From Mobula hypostoma (taxonomy: Eukaryota): a DNA stretch of 64,000 nucleotides. The position numbers were made by a program, and so were the translations under genes. How positions within the stretch are numbered: position 1 is the stretch's first letter; each line of letters begins with the position of its first letter. The notes under the pieces are model-generated. The model was not told the origin of the DNA. It was given only the letters and a program-made list of their open reading frames with translations, and did not search any database. The stretch lies in assembly GCF_963921235.1 (NCBI RefSeq), contig NC_086097.1:24244001-24308000 (forward strand). Direction: 5' to 3'. Of this stretch, positions 13,301-24,351 are shown one piece after another.

Positions 13301-14179
13301 GATAGATACGTGGATGTAACAAAACAAAAGGTTATGGGCTGAGCAGGAAGAAAGGGTTAGATTGTTCATGAATACAAGAGATTCGGCAGATGCTGGAAAT
13401 CCAGAACAACATAGTCAAAATGCTGGAGGAACTCAGCAGGTCAGGCAACAGCTGTGGAGAGGAATAAACAGTCAATGTTTCAAGCTGAGACTTTTCATCA
13501 GGATGTAAGACCACAGTGAGCGCATTTCACCTTTAAGACTGTGAACGTTGCCAGTGTTTAGGGTGTAGTGTAAAGAAAGCAGCCATTATTTACATCACGT
13601 AGCAGTGAGTTGTCTAATTAATCAACACATACCGAGCATTTGCCAGCCGCAGTTTACAGCTAACTTTTCTCATATATTTCTTTATGTGTCCTGGTGTCAG
13701 ATGTTCTGATTATACTCCTGTGATATTACATTAAAGGTGTTAAAAGAAATAATGGTTGTTACTGAAGCTTTCGCCTGTTCTGTACGCTGTTTGTTTCACT
13801 TCCTTCTTGGGTGTCAAATTTGTTAATCGGCACCTGGAGTAATTTTCACTTCCTTATCTTTCAGTAAAGTTCAAGGCTATTTGAGACTAAAAGTTCAATA
13901 GAGATGAGTAGCTCCCCTGTTCAGGACACCTTGGCGCATTCTTACTCGACATGCAAGATGCTGGAGGAATGCATTGATCCAGGCAGCATTTGTGGAGGGA
14001 AATGGACACACGGTGTTTTGAGTTAAGGGCTAGATGAAGGGTCTTGGACCAAAACTCCAAATTTCCATTTCCCTCCACAGAAGCTGCCTGACCTGCAAAG
14101 CTCCTCCAGCTTCACTTTTATTGCTCCAGATTCAAGAGTTCAAACATTCAAAGTACATTTATTATCAGAGTATATAAAT

Positions 14180-14359
14180 ATCTATCCGCAGACGTCAAAG
14201 CGAATGGTCCCAAGTTCAAGTCCGGCTAGCTCCTTGCACGCCTTCCATCCGTGCTGGGTTGAGTGTCGAGCTAGCAACTTGGCCCATAAAAAACAGTCAA
14301 ATGCTACGGAAATGGCAAAAACGCTGCCCAATGGGCCACATGGTGTGAAAAAGAACAAC
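14180..14359 (+). mobile_element. 5'-truncated tRNA-headed SINE with RTE-like body and (AAC)n tail, inserted in a Rex1-type 3' UTR
   Basis: B-box-like agttcaagtcc; body catccgtgctgggttgag shared with 37137-37418; flanking ATAAAT at 14174-14179 and 14360-14365. Confidence 0.6.
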
Positions 14360-14574
14360 ATAAATGTCACCACATACTACACTGAGGTCCATTTTCTTGC
14401 AGGCATTCACAGTAGAACAAAGAAATACCATAGAACTATACACAAGGACTGACACACTACAACTGGCAAAAATAGAATCATTGAGTTATGCAGCATGGGA
14501 ACTGGCCATTTGGCTCAATTGGTCCATGCTGACCAAGATTATATATGTTGTGAGCTACTCTAAATTCAACAGGG

Positions 14575-15025
14575 GACAGAAAAGATTTATGAAGAAATTA
14601 CCAGGACTAGAGGGCCTGAGTTATTAGGAGAGATTGAGCAGGCTAGGTCTTTCTTCATTGGAACCTAGGAGAATGAGGGACAACCTCATAGAAGTGTTCA
14701 AAATTATGAGAACCATAGGTAAGGAGGATAGTAACAATCCTTTCCTCTGGGTAGGGGAATCCAAAACTAGGGGGCATAAGTTTAGGGTCAGAGGGGAAAG
14801 ATTTAAAAGTGATCTGAGCAGCAACTTTTTCACACAGAGGGTGGTGAGTATACGGTTGAGGCTGGTAGAATGTTGCCACTTCAGAAGCACTTGGAGAGGT
14901 ATATGGAGAGATAGAGCTTAGAGGGATATTGGTCAAACACAGGAAATTGGGACTAGCTAACTGGCGGACAGCGTGGACTCGTTGGGCTGAAGGTCTTCCT
15001 TCTGTGCCGTACTGCTCTATGACTC
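14575..15025 (+). mobile_element. CR1 LINE 3' fragment
   Basis: LPGLEGLSY / LGLSSLEPRRMRDNLIEVFKIM...KTRGHKF...FFTQRVV is the CR1 ORF2 C-terminus; tail ctgtgccgtactgctctatgactctat. Confidence 0.85.
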
Positions 15026-15489
15026 TATTACTCAGTTAGGTCCGTCCTTCGCCAATAGAAGCACATTCTCCATTGGCAAAAGGTCGTGTCAGAGGCCAAA
15101 GCTGGAGGAGAGCAGAGATCATGGTAGAGTTGTGGGACTGGACTAGGTAACAAAGGGAGAGAGCTGGATATATGCAATTTTAAAGAGGCAGTGTAGCTTA
15201 GAGAGCTGATGTAACACAGCAGGAGTGAAATCACTTGTATTGAGTTTGATGTTCTCCTAAGGGGTTGTCTATTGGTGGGTCCTAAGGTGGCTGTAGAGGT
15301 TGATCTGGGACCCATATATTCTGGTGTAGTGTGGGCTTCCAGACCTCACAATCTTGTCCCTTTTGCCGTGTGCTGATCACTATGGGACTTAATCCAGGAT
15401 GTTAGGTTGGATACCCTTAATGGAGAATACCTGAGCATGAATTTGCTTTGGGAGGCTGGTACATGGGTGGCCACCATACAATCCTTGAC

Positions 15490-15770
15490 AGATCAGGTCC
15501 AGGGTCCAGGACACAGAGTGCAAGACGAGTGGGGACCCCTCACTGCTGCAGCCCTCCTCTGCCTTCACTGCCATTGTGAGGTGTCATCATTTTCTGCCAA
15601 CTCCACTGATGAGGCCTTGTTTAGAGCACTATTTGTTTGGAACCTCCCCTTTGACCTTACCGCCGTGGGTGATCCTACTAGGAGCTACGTGCCAGATGAC
15701 TAAGTTTCAGACAGCATTGCTCTTGGGATCTTAGGAACTCCCAAGCGTCCCCACCAGCAGGTGACGTGGA
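15490..15770 (-). mobile_element. RTE (Expander/Rex3/BovB-like) 5'-UTR-derived element
   Basis: Minus strand ...gtaggatcacccacggcggtaaggtcaaggggaggttcc; homologous to 31665-31955 (-), 43410-43630 (+) and 30232-30645 (+). Confidence 0.6.
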
Positions 15771-16589
15771 TGGAACATAGTGCAATTTAAGACGCCTATT
15801 TTGGCCCAGTCACAGCATGCAGGGAGTGGAAGTGCTCATCAGTGCCCGTAAAAGAGAATTTCATTCAGTCAGCTTTTTTTTTTCTGCTGACATCCAGATT
15901 AAAACTGAAGAATTGACAGTTGCACAACCAATTTCAGCCTTTGACATAAAGAGCAAATGTTGCAATGTGGCCAGATTTCCACAAGAAAACTGCAATTTAC
16001 TTTATATGTATAAAGTACTGAACAGGTTCAGAAGTGAATATGGTTTGAGATTGGGAATAGTGCCAGACAAGCAATTGAAATGGAATGTCGACATTTAATC
16101 ACATTTAGGAGATCTGCAACTCCAAATATAATGTTAAATTATCTTACTGATGTTAAATTAAATTTATATTTCCCTCAGGTTACTGCAGCTGTAATTTAAG
16201 ACAAGGGCAACTGTCAATTTTGTCTGCAGCATTTCGAAAGCACTTCGTTAATGTATTAACAAGTATCCAAGATCAAGGTTTTCACTCCTCCCCCCCACCC
16301 CTTAAACTTTCCCCTCCAACCTCATCATGGATCTGATGTCAATTTTTTTGCTGTCACACTCATTTCAAGTGACATTTTGTCATTACAAGGTCCGAAGGGA
16401 CTCTGTCTAAAATTGAGAAGGAAACCTATTCAAAGATCTCGGCTTTTCTCCTGCCACAACAGAGCAAAGCGAGGCCGTTCGGTCTCTTGAGGCTCGTCTG
16501 CCTTCGAAATAGATTACAGCTCCTCTGAGTTTTTAATCTGACTGCCTGCCATTCGCGGGCACGTAGATGGTTGCACTTAGCCAAAAGGA

Positions 16590-17185
16590 GATAGAAGAGA
16601 ATCCGAATTATAATTGTCCACTTAGATGGCATGAAATTTGTTATGCGGCAGCATTACAGTCCAAAGACATAAAAGTACTATAAATGACCCAACTAAATGA
16701 CTAGTACTGAAAATAAGGAACAACAGTTCATGGATTATTCAGGACCCTGATAGCAAAGGGGAAGAAGCTGTTTCTGAATACTTGAGTCTTCAGGACCCCG
16801 TACCTGATCCCTGATGGTAGTAACGAGAAGAGGGTATGTCCTGTATGCTGAGGGTCCTTATTAATGGATGTCTCTTTCTCGAGCCACCACCCCTTGAAGC
16901 TGTCTGTGATGCTGGAGAGGGCTGTGCCCATGATTAAGCCAAGTCTGCAGCCCTCTGCGTCCTTTCGCGATCCTGGTGCATTTGAGGCTCCATACCAGTC
17001 TGTGATGCAACCGATCAAAATGGTCTCCTTCATACATTTGTAGAAAATTGTAAGAGTCTTTGATGACATACCAAATGTATTCAAGCTCCTGACAAAGCAG
17101 AGCCGCTGGCATGCCTTCTTTGTGAATGCATCAATCTATCGGGCCCAGGATAGATCCTCTGAGATACTCAAGTCCAGAAACATGA
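16590..17185 (-). mobile_element. Rex1/Babar-like LINE 3' fragment (decayed)
   Basis: FGMSSKTLTIFYKCMKETILIGCITDWYG...FSLLPSG...FRNSFFPFAIRVLN is a typical Rex1 C-terminus. Confidence 0.8.
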
Positions 17186-17699
17186 AATGCAAAGTTCAGA
17201 TAAAATTAATATCAAAGTTACCACATACTACATTCATATTCATTTTCTCGTAGGTATTTACAGGGAAAAAATGAAATACAATGGAATTTCATGAAAAATT
17301 GAACATGAACAAGCAAAGACTGATAAAAAACACAATATTCAAAAGAAGACAAGCTTTGCAGATTAAAATAATATTGAAAATGAGTTGTAAAGAGTCTTTG
17401 AAAATGATTTTGTAGGTTGCAGAATCAGTTCAGAGTTGAGGTGATTGAGGTAATCTATGCCAGTTCAAGTGTCTGGTGGTTGTAGGGTAATAACTGTACC
17501 TGAATCTGCTGTTGTGGGACCTGAGGCTTCTGTACCTGCTGCCTGATGCCAGTAGCAAGAAGAGGGCATGGTCTGGGTGATGGGGGCACTTGATGGCCAT
17601 CAGTGAGGACTGGCACGCGTTCTCCTGACCTCCCCTTTCTGAAGTTCAGAATGAAGTCCTTAGTCTTGCTGATGTTCAGTACGAGGAAGACTGTAGGTA

Positions 17700-17902
17700 C
17701 TGGAACCTGCAGCAACACACATGATGCTGGATGAACGCTGCAGGTCAGGCGGCGTCCCGTCTACCTTTCAGCCCAGATGAAGGGTCTTGACCCGAAATGT
17801 TGACTGTCCATTCGCCTCCTTAGCTGTTGCCTGACCTGCTGAGTTCTTCCAGCAATATTGTGTGTGCGTGTTGCTCTGGATTTCCAGCATCTGCAGAATC
17901 CC
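17700..17902 (+). mobile_element. Penelope-derived fold-back unit with hammerhead motif (U4A variant)
   Basis: Inverted arms around cagccCAGATGAa-GGGT-cttg-ACCC-GAAAtgtt-gactg (17769-17806). Confidence 0.75.
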
Positions 17903-18034
17903 TTGCATAACTGCTTTTGAACCACCTGCTGGGGTGGAGCTTTAGGTTTCTGTACCTCCTGCCCTGCAGTAGCTGTGAGATTCAGTGTCTAATCTTCAAA
18001 GTTAAAAGTCCTATGAACTATTTAATATAATTTT

Positions 18035-18690
18035 TATTTTAGCGATACAGCACAGTAACAGGCACTTCCACCCCAACTAGCATGTGCTGCCCAATTACAC
18101 CCATGTGTAGTCAACCTACTAATCTGTACAACATCGGAATGTGGGAGGAAGCCCATGCAGTCAAGGGAGAATGTACAAACTCCTTATAGACTGCAGCGGA
18201 ACTGGGTTGCTGATGCTGTTAATTAGTTTACAATAACCACTACGTGACCAATGCTACCCATAGAAAATCTTGGGTTATTTTACTATGCTACAAGAATTGA
18301 GGAGGTGCAAGTTATTGTCATTAACTATAATATTCCCTTTCCATTTTTCATTTATTTTTGCACATTTGGGACTTTCTTCTTCTTTTTTTACCTGCCTAAT
18401 CTCTAGTAAATAGGGATCCTTAACTCTGCCTATATTTTTACCTAGAGATACAGTACAGTAACATACACTTCTGGTCCAGTGAGCCCACGGCGCCCAATTA
18501 CACCCATGTGACCGATTAACCTATTGACCTGTACATCTTTAGAATGTGGGAGGAAACCAGAGCACTGAAGGAAACCCCAACAGTCACAGGGAGAACATGC
18601 CAACTCCTTAAAGACAGTAGCGGAATTGAACCCGGATCGCTGGCGCTGTAACAGTTGTTATTCTAACCACTACATTAAGTGCCACCCATG
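18035..18690 (-). mobile_element. Two tandem V-SINEs (~18035-18260 and ~18435-18690) with an alternative tail ...ctgtgctgtatcgctaaaataaaa
   Basis: V core gaatgtgggaggaa in both copies; tail differs from the ...gacaaataaagctaatc copies. Confidence 0.7.
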
Positions 18691-18715
18691 AAGTATCTTG
18701 GATTATTTTAATATG

Positions 18716-19308
18716 ATTATGATTATGAGGAGGACACGCAGTCCTCTTTTATTGTCATTTAGTAATGCATGCATTAAGAAATGATACAATGTTTTTCCAG
18801 AATGATATCACGGAAACACATGACAGATCGACTTAAAAACTAACAAAAACCACTTAATTATAACATATAGTTACAACAGTGCAAAGCAATACCGTATTTT
18901 GATAAGAACAGACCACGGCACAGTAAAAGTCTCAAAGTCTCTCGAAAGTCCCATCATCTCACGCAGACAGTAAACCTCCAGCACCGCCAACTTGCTGATG
19001 CAGCATACTGGAAGCATCCGACCACAGTCCGACTCCGAGTCGGTCCGAAAACTCCAAGCCTCCGACCAGCTCTCCAACACCGAGCACCGAGCACCATCTC
19101 TGCCAAGCGCTTCGACCCCGGCCCCGGCAACAAGCAATAGGCAAAGCCGAGGATTTGGGGCCTTCGTCTCCGGAGATTCTCGATCACACAGTAGCAGCAG
19201 CAGTGAATCTGGCATTTCAGAAGTTACTCCAGGTGTTCCTCCGTGCTTCTCACGGCTGTCTCCATCAAATCTAGATTGTACACGGCCCCTAGTTACACAT
19301 ATAACACA
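18716..19308 (-). mobile_element. Non-coding 'family A' retroelement, copy 1 (5'-truncated)
   Basis: Collinear with copies at 39887, 51969 and 58168/60026; TSD TAATATG at 18709-18715 and 19309-19315. Confidence 0.85.
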
Positions 19309-19981
19309 TAATATGTGAAAAGGATTGAGGAGGTGAATCAAGGTCAGAATCGGAATCAGGCTTAATATCACTATCTGCGTGTGGCGGTCTCTCGCTCACT
19401 GCTCCCGAGGAAAGGTCCTTGTGTTCGAGTGATCTCTCTCTTCCTTGATGCTGTTTGCAGACGGTGCTGGAGCAAGGCTTAATCGATGTGGATTATAGAT
19501 TTCAACTCTAATTCAGAATTATAATATGTTTCGAATTTCTAGTTCGAGTTCTGGTCACTCTCTTTCGTTAGTGCTTTTGGGGTGTTTTTTGAATTGTGGC
19601 GGCCTGCGAATAATGAACATTGAGCTGAACTGTACTGAAATATGCCTTTTGATTTTGTATTCTATATTCCATGTTTTCACTCTTTTTTTTTGTTGCCACT
19701 TGCATGATTTATTTTGAGCGTAGGGTGAAGGGAGAGTTTGATGTTTGATGCTTTTTTTGAAAGAGTTGGTTCCATGGTGCTTCCTTGTTTTGTGACTGTC
19801 TGTGTGAAAGATGAAACTCAGGGGTGAATGCTGCATATACACATGGATAATAAATGCACTGAGTCTTAAATATGTTGTGAAATTTGTTGTTTTGCAGCAG
19901 CCATACAGTTGAATACATAAACACAATTTAAACTACAATGATGTATAGAAGAATTGCAAAAATAGTGAGGTAGTGTTTATT

Positions 19982-20150
19982 GCAACACACATAAAAGTTG
20001 CTGGTGAATGCAGCAGGTCAGGCAGCATCTTACTAGCTCTTCTTTCAGTTAGTCCTGACGAAGGGTCTCGGCCTGAAACATTGACTGTACCTCTTCCTGG
20101 AGATGCTGCCTGACCTGCTGCGTTCACCAGCAACTTTGATGTGTGTTGCT
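19982..20150 (+). mobile_element. 169-bp fold-back Penelope-derived element enclosing a hammerhead motif, with 16-bp TSD
   Basis: 49-bp inverted arms 19982-20030 and 20101-20149 (47/49 match); flanking TGAGGT(A/G)GTGTTTATT at 19966-19981 and 20151-20166. Confidence 0.9.
20051..20086 (+). ncRNA. Minimal type I hammerhead ribozyme motif
   Basis: AGTC-CTGACGA-A-GGGT(ctcg)GCCT-GAAA-CA-TT-GACT: helix I AGTC/GACT, intact CUGANGA and GAAA boxes, helix II, vestigial helix III. Activity untested. Confidence 0.75.
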
Positions 20151-21789
20151 TGAGGTGGTGTTTATTGGTTAGTTCATTGTCTGTTCAGAAATTCAATGGT
20201 GGAGGGTGAAAGCTGTTCCTAAAATGTTGAGTGTGTGTTTTCAGGCTCCTGCTGCATCTCCTTCCTGATGGTAGTATTAAACAAAGAGCATATCCTGGGT
20301 GATGAGGATCCTTACGGAAGGATAATGCAAGTTTTTGTCATTAACTATACAGAAATATTCTCGTCTTCATTTTTTCCTTTATTTTTGCACATTTGGGACT
20401 TCATTCTATTGTTATTTTCTTGCCTGCTTAATCTCCAGTAAATAGCAATTCTTTACTCTGCCTACTGGGTAGCTGGTTCCAAGTGGTATCATTGCAAACA
20501 CTTGAAGAAGATGGTCTTAGCATAAGCTCTGTTAGAATTCCGATAGCAACAGATTCGACAGCTATATTTGAAAAATGATATCATCTAACGCCTGGAAGCA
20601 GACATCAGTGGGAGGGAATCTTTCAACCCATCTGTCTGGGCTGAGTTCCAACTTTCAATGGTGAAGGGACACTGTGTTCCTCATTATTCCACCCAGTGCC
20701 TTTTCTGTTGGTTTTTAAATAGATACTTGCTCGAGGTATCCTGTCATTTCACAATACTATGGATGGTCTATCCTATTCAATTCACCACCAGCCCCCATCT
20801 GACCCTCCACTCCAAAGGCATCCTTCACATCCTGGAGGTCACTGCTTGAAAGGGGGTTCCAAGCAGATTAATTAATAAAAATTGGATAAGTACTCAAAGG
20901 GAGGGAAAATTAGCAGTAGGGCAAAAGAGCAGGAATTAGACCAACTCTCTCAAAGAGCTGTGACTGTACTGTTCATTCCAGTGATCCTATGATCAGGATC
21001 TGGCCCTGACACCCTGTCCCTTTAGGACAGGGATGATGAGGAATTTCTTCAGCTAGAGGGCAGTGAATATGTCAGATTCATTGCCACAGATGGCTGTGGA
21101 GGCCAACTCATTTGAGGCAGAGATTTAATAATTCTTGATTGGTAAGGGGATCAAGACATTTTCCAAGGTATGAAAATTGGGTTGAAAAAATATCAGCCAC
21201 GACCAAATGGCAGAGCAGATTCGATAGGCAGAATTTCCTAATTCTACTCTTATATCTTTTGGCCTTATGATCTAAATACGCACCCTGTATCCCTTCTGTC
21301 AAATATTTACTATGTACTTTATTGCCAACTTTATCCTGAGTAATAGCCAAGCTTATTTATACACAAAGAGTGGTGGATGCATGGAATGTGCTGTCAGGGG
21401 TGGTGGTAGGGGCAGATACTTTAGGGACTTTTTAAAGACTCTTAGATAGGCACAGAGATGAAAGAAAAGTGGAAGACTATGTGGCAGGGAAGGGGTCAAT
21501 TGATCATAGAGTGGGTTAAGAGGGTGGGTAATATCATAGGTGAAGGGCCTGTACTGTGCTAGGGTCCATGTTAACCATGTCTATGTACTTTGTTACTTTG
21601 TTATGCCGACGTAGTGGAGATTAATGCAGAGTAACAGAGATGCTTGCTTCACTGCAGCCCAGAACATCCCAAAATCTTCCTGAAAAATCTGAGGAATTAT
21701 GTAACTCAGAAAGTGATTGAAATCTGGAACATAGTTAAGAAATATGTATTTCTTATGACTGAGTCACCGAGAGATAAAGAGTATGAGTT

Positions 21790-22442
21790 GGGGGTGAGGA
21801 AGGCAAATGCGAAGATAGCATTCATTTTGAGAGAACTAGAATACAAAAGCAGGGTGTAATGCTGAAGCTTTATAAAGCACTGGTGAGGCCTCACTTGGAG
21901 TATTGTGAGCAGTTTTGGGCACCTTATCGAAGAAAGGATGTGTTGACATTGGAGAGGGTTCAAAAGAGGTTCACAAAAATGATTCTGGGATTCAAAGGCT
22001 TGTCAGATGCGGAGCGTTTGATGGCTCTACTCACTGGAATTCAGAAGAACGAGAGATGACCTCGTTGAAACTTATCGAATGTTGAAAGGCCTCGACAGAT
22101 TGGATGTGGAGAGGATGTTTCCTATGGTGGTAGAGTCTAAGACCAGAGGATGCGGTCTCAGGATAGAGGGACATTCTTTTAGAACACTGATGAGGAGGAG
22201 TGTTTTTAACAATCGAGTAATGAAAATGTGGAATTTGTTCCACAGGTGACTGTGGAGGCCAAATGATTGGATATGTTTAAGGGAAGCTTGATAGATTCTT
22301 GATTATTCATGGCATGAAGAGATACGAGGAGAAGGCAGGAGATTGGAGCCGAAAGGGAAAAAGGATCAGCCATGATGAAATGGCAGAATAGACTTGATGG
22401 GCCAAATGGTCTAATTCTGCTCCTATATCTTATGGTCTTATG
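21790..22442 (+). mobile_element. CR1 LINE 3' fragment
   Basis: MLKLYKALVRPHLEYCEQFWAPYRRKDVLTLERVQKRFTKMI; tail tcttatggtcttatg. Confidence 0.9.
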
Positions 22443-23231
22443 ATGTGCCGGTAAATGGGATTAGTATAGATGGATACTTGATGGTCAGTAGGGCATAGTG
22501 CGCTGAATGGCCTGTTTTTGCCCATTTAATACATTTTAGTGAGATTGGTTGAATGGGTAATTGGTGGCCATACACTTACTTGGTATTGACCTAATATCTC
22601 CTTGGAACAGAGTTAATGGTGACTCAAGAGACTGCAGATGCTAGTATCTGGAGCAAAAAATGAATTCCTGAAGATACTCAGCAGGTCTGGCTGCAGCTGC
22701 AGAAGGAAATGGATAGTCAACATTTCGGTTTGAGTGCTTTCACCGGGGTTGGTGGTGAAGACAAGAATCAGGGAAGGACCCGCGTCTATGATGGCAAGTC
22801 TGGGTGAGAACATGGTCGAAGAGCAGAAGAGATCACAGAGATGGAGCAGCGAGAGATGTTCACGCAGAACTCCTATCTTCAAACTGGGCATGCCTTAAAG
22901 AGGAGGCTGCAGACACTGAGATCTGGAGTCCAGATGAAAGGTCTTAAACTGAAATGCTAACTGTCCATTTTCCTCCACAGCAGCTGCCTGATACACTGAT
23001 TTCCTCCAGCAGTTCGTCATTTCGCCTCAGGGTTATATCTGGGAAGCAGCTTGGAACAGCTCGTGTGCTAAAGTCCCTTCATGAAGGCAACATATTTCCT
23101 CTACAGAACGCTAGACCAGGCTGTGATGTGTTGGAACAGTCAGACCTCGGTCCACAAAGGGTCCAATGAGAATGATGTAAAACCATGCAGATTAAACAGT
23201 AAGAAGCCATTTTGTTAATTGGCAGTCATCT

Positions 23232-23700
23232 TTCCCCCTCTCTCGCCATGTCTCTCCCTCTCTCACTCTCCCTCTTCATGTCTCACTTCCTCTCTCTCTC
23301 CTCATGTCTCTTGATTAGTCAGGGCATGCAGGGATACGGGGAGAAGGCGGGAGATTGGGGCTAAGATGAAAAATGGATCAGCCATGAAGAAATGGTGGAG
23401 TAGACTCTGTGGGCCAAATAGCCTAATTCAGCTCCTGTATCTTATGGTCCAATAATCTCTATCTCCCCTCTCTTAAACCAGGTCTGTCTGTCCCTCTCCC
23501 CCTCTCTCTATCTCCATGTCTCTCTCTCTCCCCCCATCTCTCCTCATGTCTCTGTCTTCCTCTTTCCCTCCCTATCTCTCTCTCCCGCTCCATATCGCTC
23601 TTTCTCCGTGTCCCTGTCTCTCATGCCATATCTCCCCATCTGTCTCTCTCTCTCTCCATTTGTTTCTCCTCTCTCGCTCCATGTCTCTCTCTTTCTCTTA
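23232..23700. repeat. CT-rich low-complexity array interrupted by a CR1 3' end (~23308-23450)
   Basis: Degenerate (CT)n/catgtctctc units directly visible. Confidence 0.8.
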
Positions 23701-24244
23701 TTCATAACATTGTTTGCAAAATGGAGGAAAATTAGACATGGAGGCATGCTGCAAAGATACAATGAATCTTGCCTGTGTTCCACTGTCCACCCAGTGGGAA
23801 CAATCTCAATGTTCTGGCTGCCTGAAAGATAATTGAATTTGAGGTCTTTAACCTGAGCCAAGGGGTAACCGCCCATCCACACCTCAGCAATGAGAAATAT
23901 CGAGAGGCTTTTACGCAAAGCTAGAAACTGGCAGAAGGACAGGGGCTATGTCTTTACTGATCCACACTGTGGGAGGTTTATCCAGACAAAAAAAAAATGC
24001 CTTCACGTCTGGTGTAAGAAGCACGGGTTTGTTTGCAATCTTGTCAACAGAGCCATCAGTCCAGGAGCTGCTTCACTGAGACTAATAGGATCCCGTGGGA
24101 TTCGATGACTTGTTCCAAAAGGCAGCGAGCAGTATGATTTTCAAGGAGGTGTATTAAAGGGCATATTCTTTTAGGGTTAGTGGGAGTCAGTGCTGTACAA
24201 AAGGTACACTTCGCTCCTTCTCTCACTCATGCACTTAAGACACA

Positions 24245-24351
24245 AGTGATGATTTGCTGATGAAGGGTTTTGGCCCGAAACGTTGACTGTTTACTCATTT
24301 CCATAGATGCTCCCTGGCCTGCTGAGTTCCTGCAGCATTTTGTGTGTGTTG
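24245..24351 (+). mobile_element. 107-bp Penelope-derived hammerhead plus arm unit
   Basis: Flanked by the direct repeat CTTAAGACACA at 24234-24244 and 24352-24362. Confidence 0.75.
24257..24289 (+). ncRNA. Minimal hammerhead core with palindromic ACGT helix III (5' strand of helix I missing)
   Basis: CTGATGA-A-GGGT(tttg)GCCC-GAAA-CG-TT-GACTG. Confidence 0.65.

Noticed and set aside
14206..14226. Twister ribozyme-like ggtcccaag
   Set aside because: The remaining twister elements are absent; it reads better as the B-box region of a tRNA-derived SINE head.
19982..20150. Classical DNA-transposon MITE or pre-miRNA
   Set aside because: The 16-bp TSD, family-variable TSD lengths, one-armed copies and linkage to a GIY-YIG remnant point to Penelope origin; hairpin processing cannot be judged from sequence.
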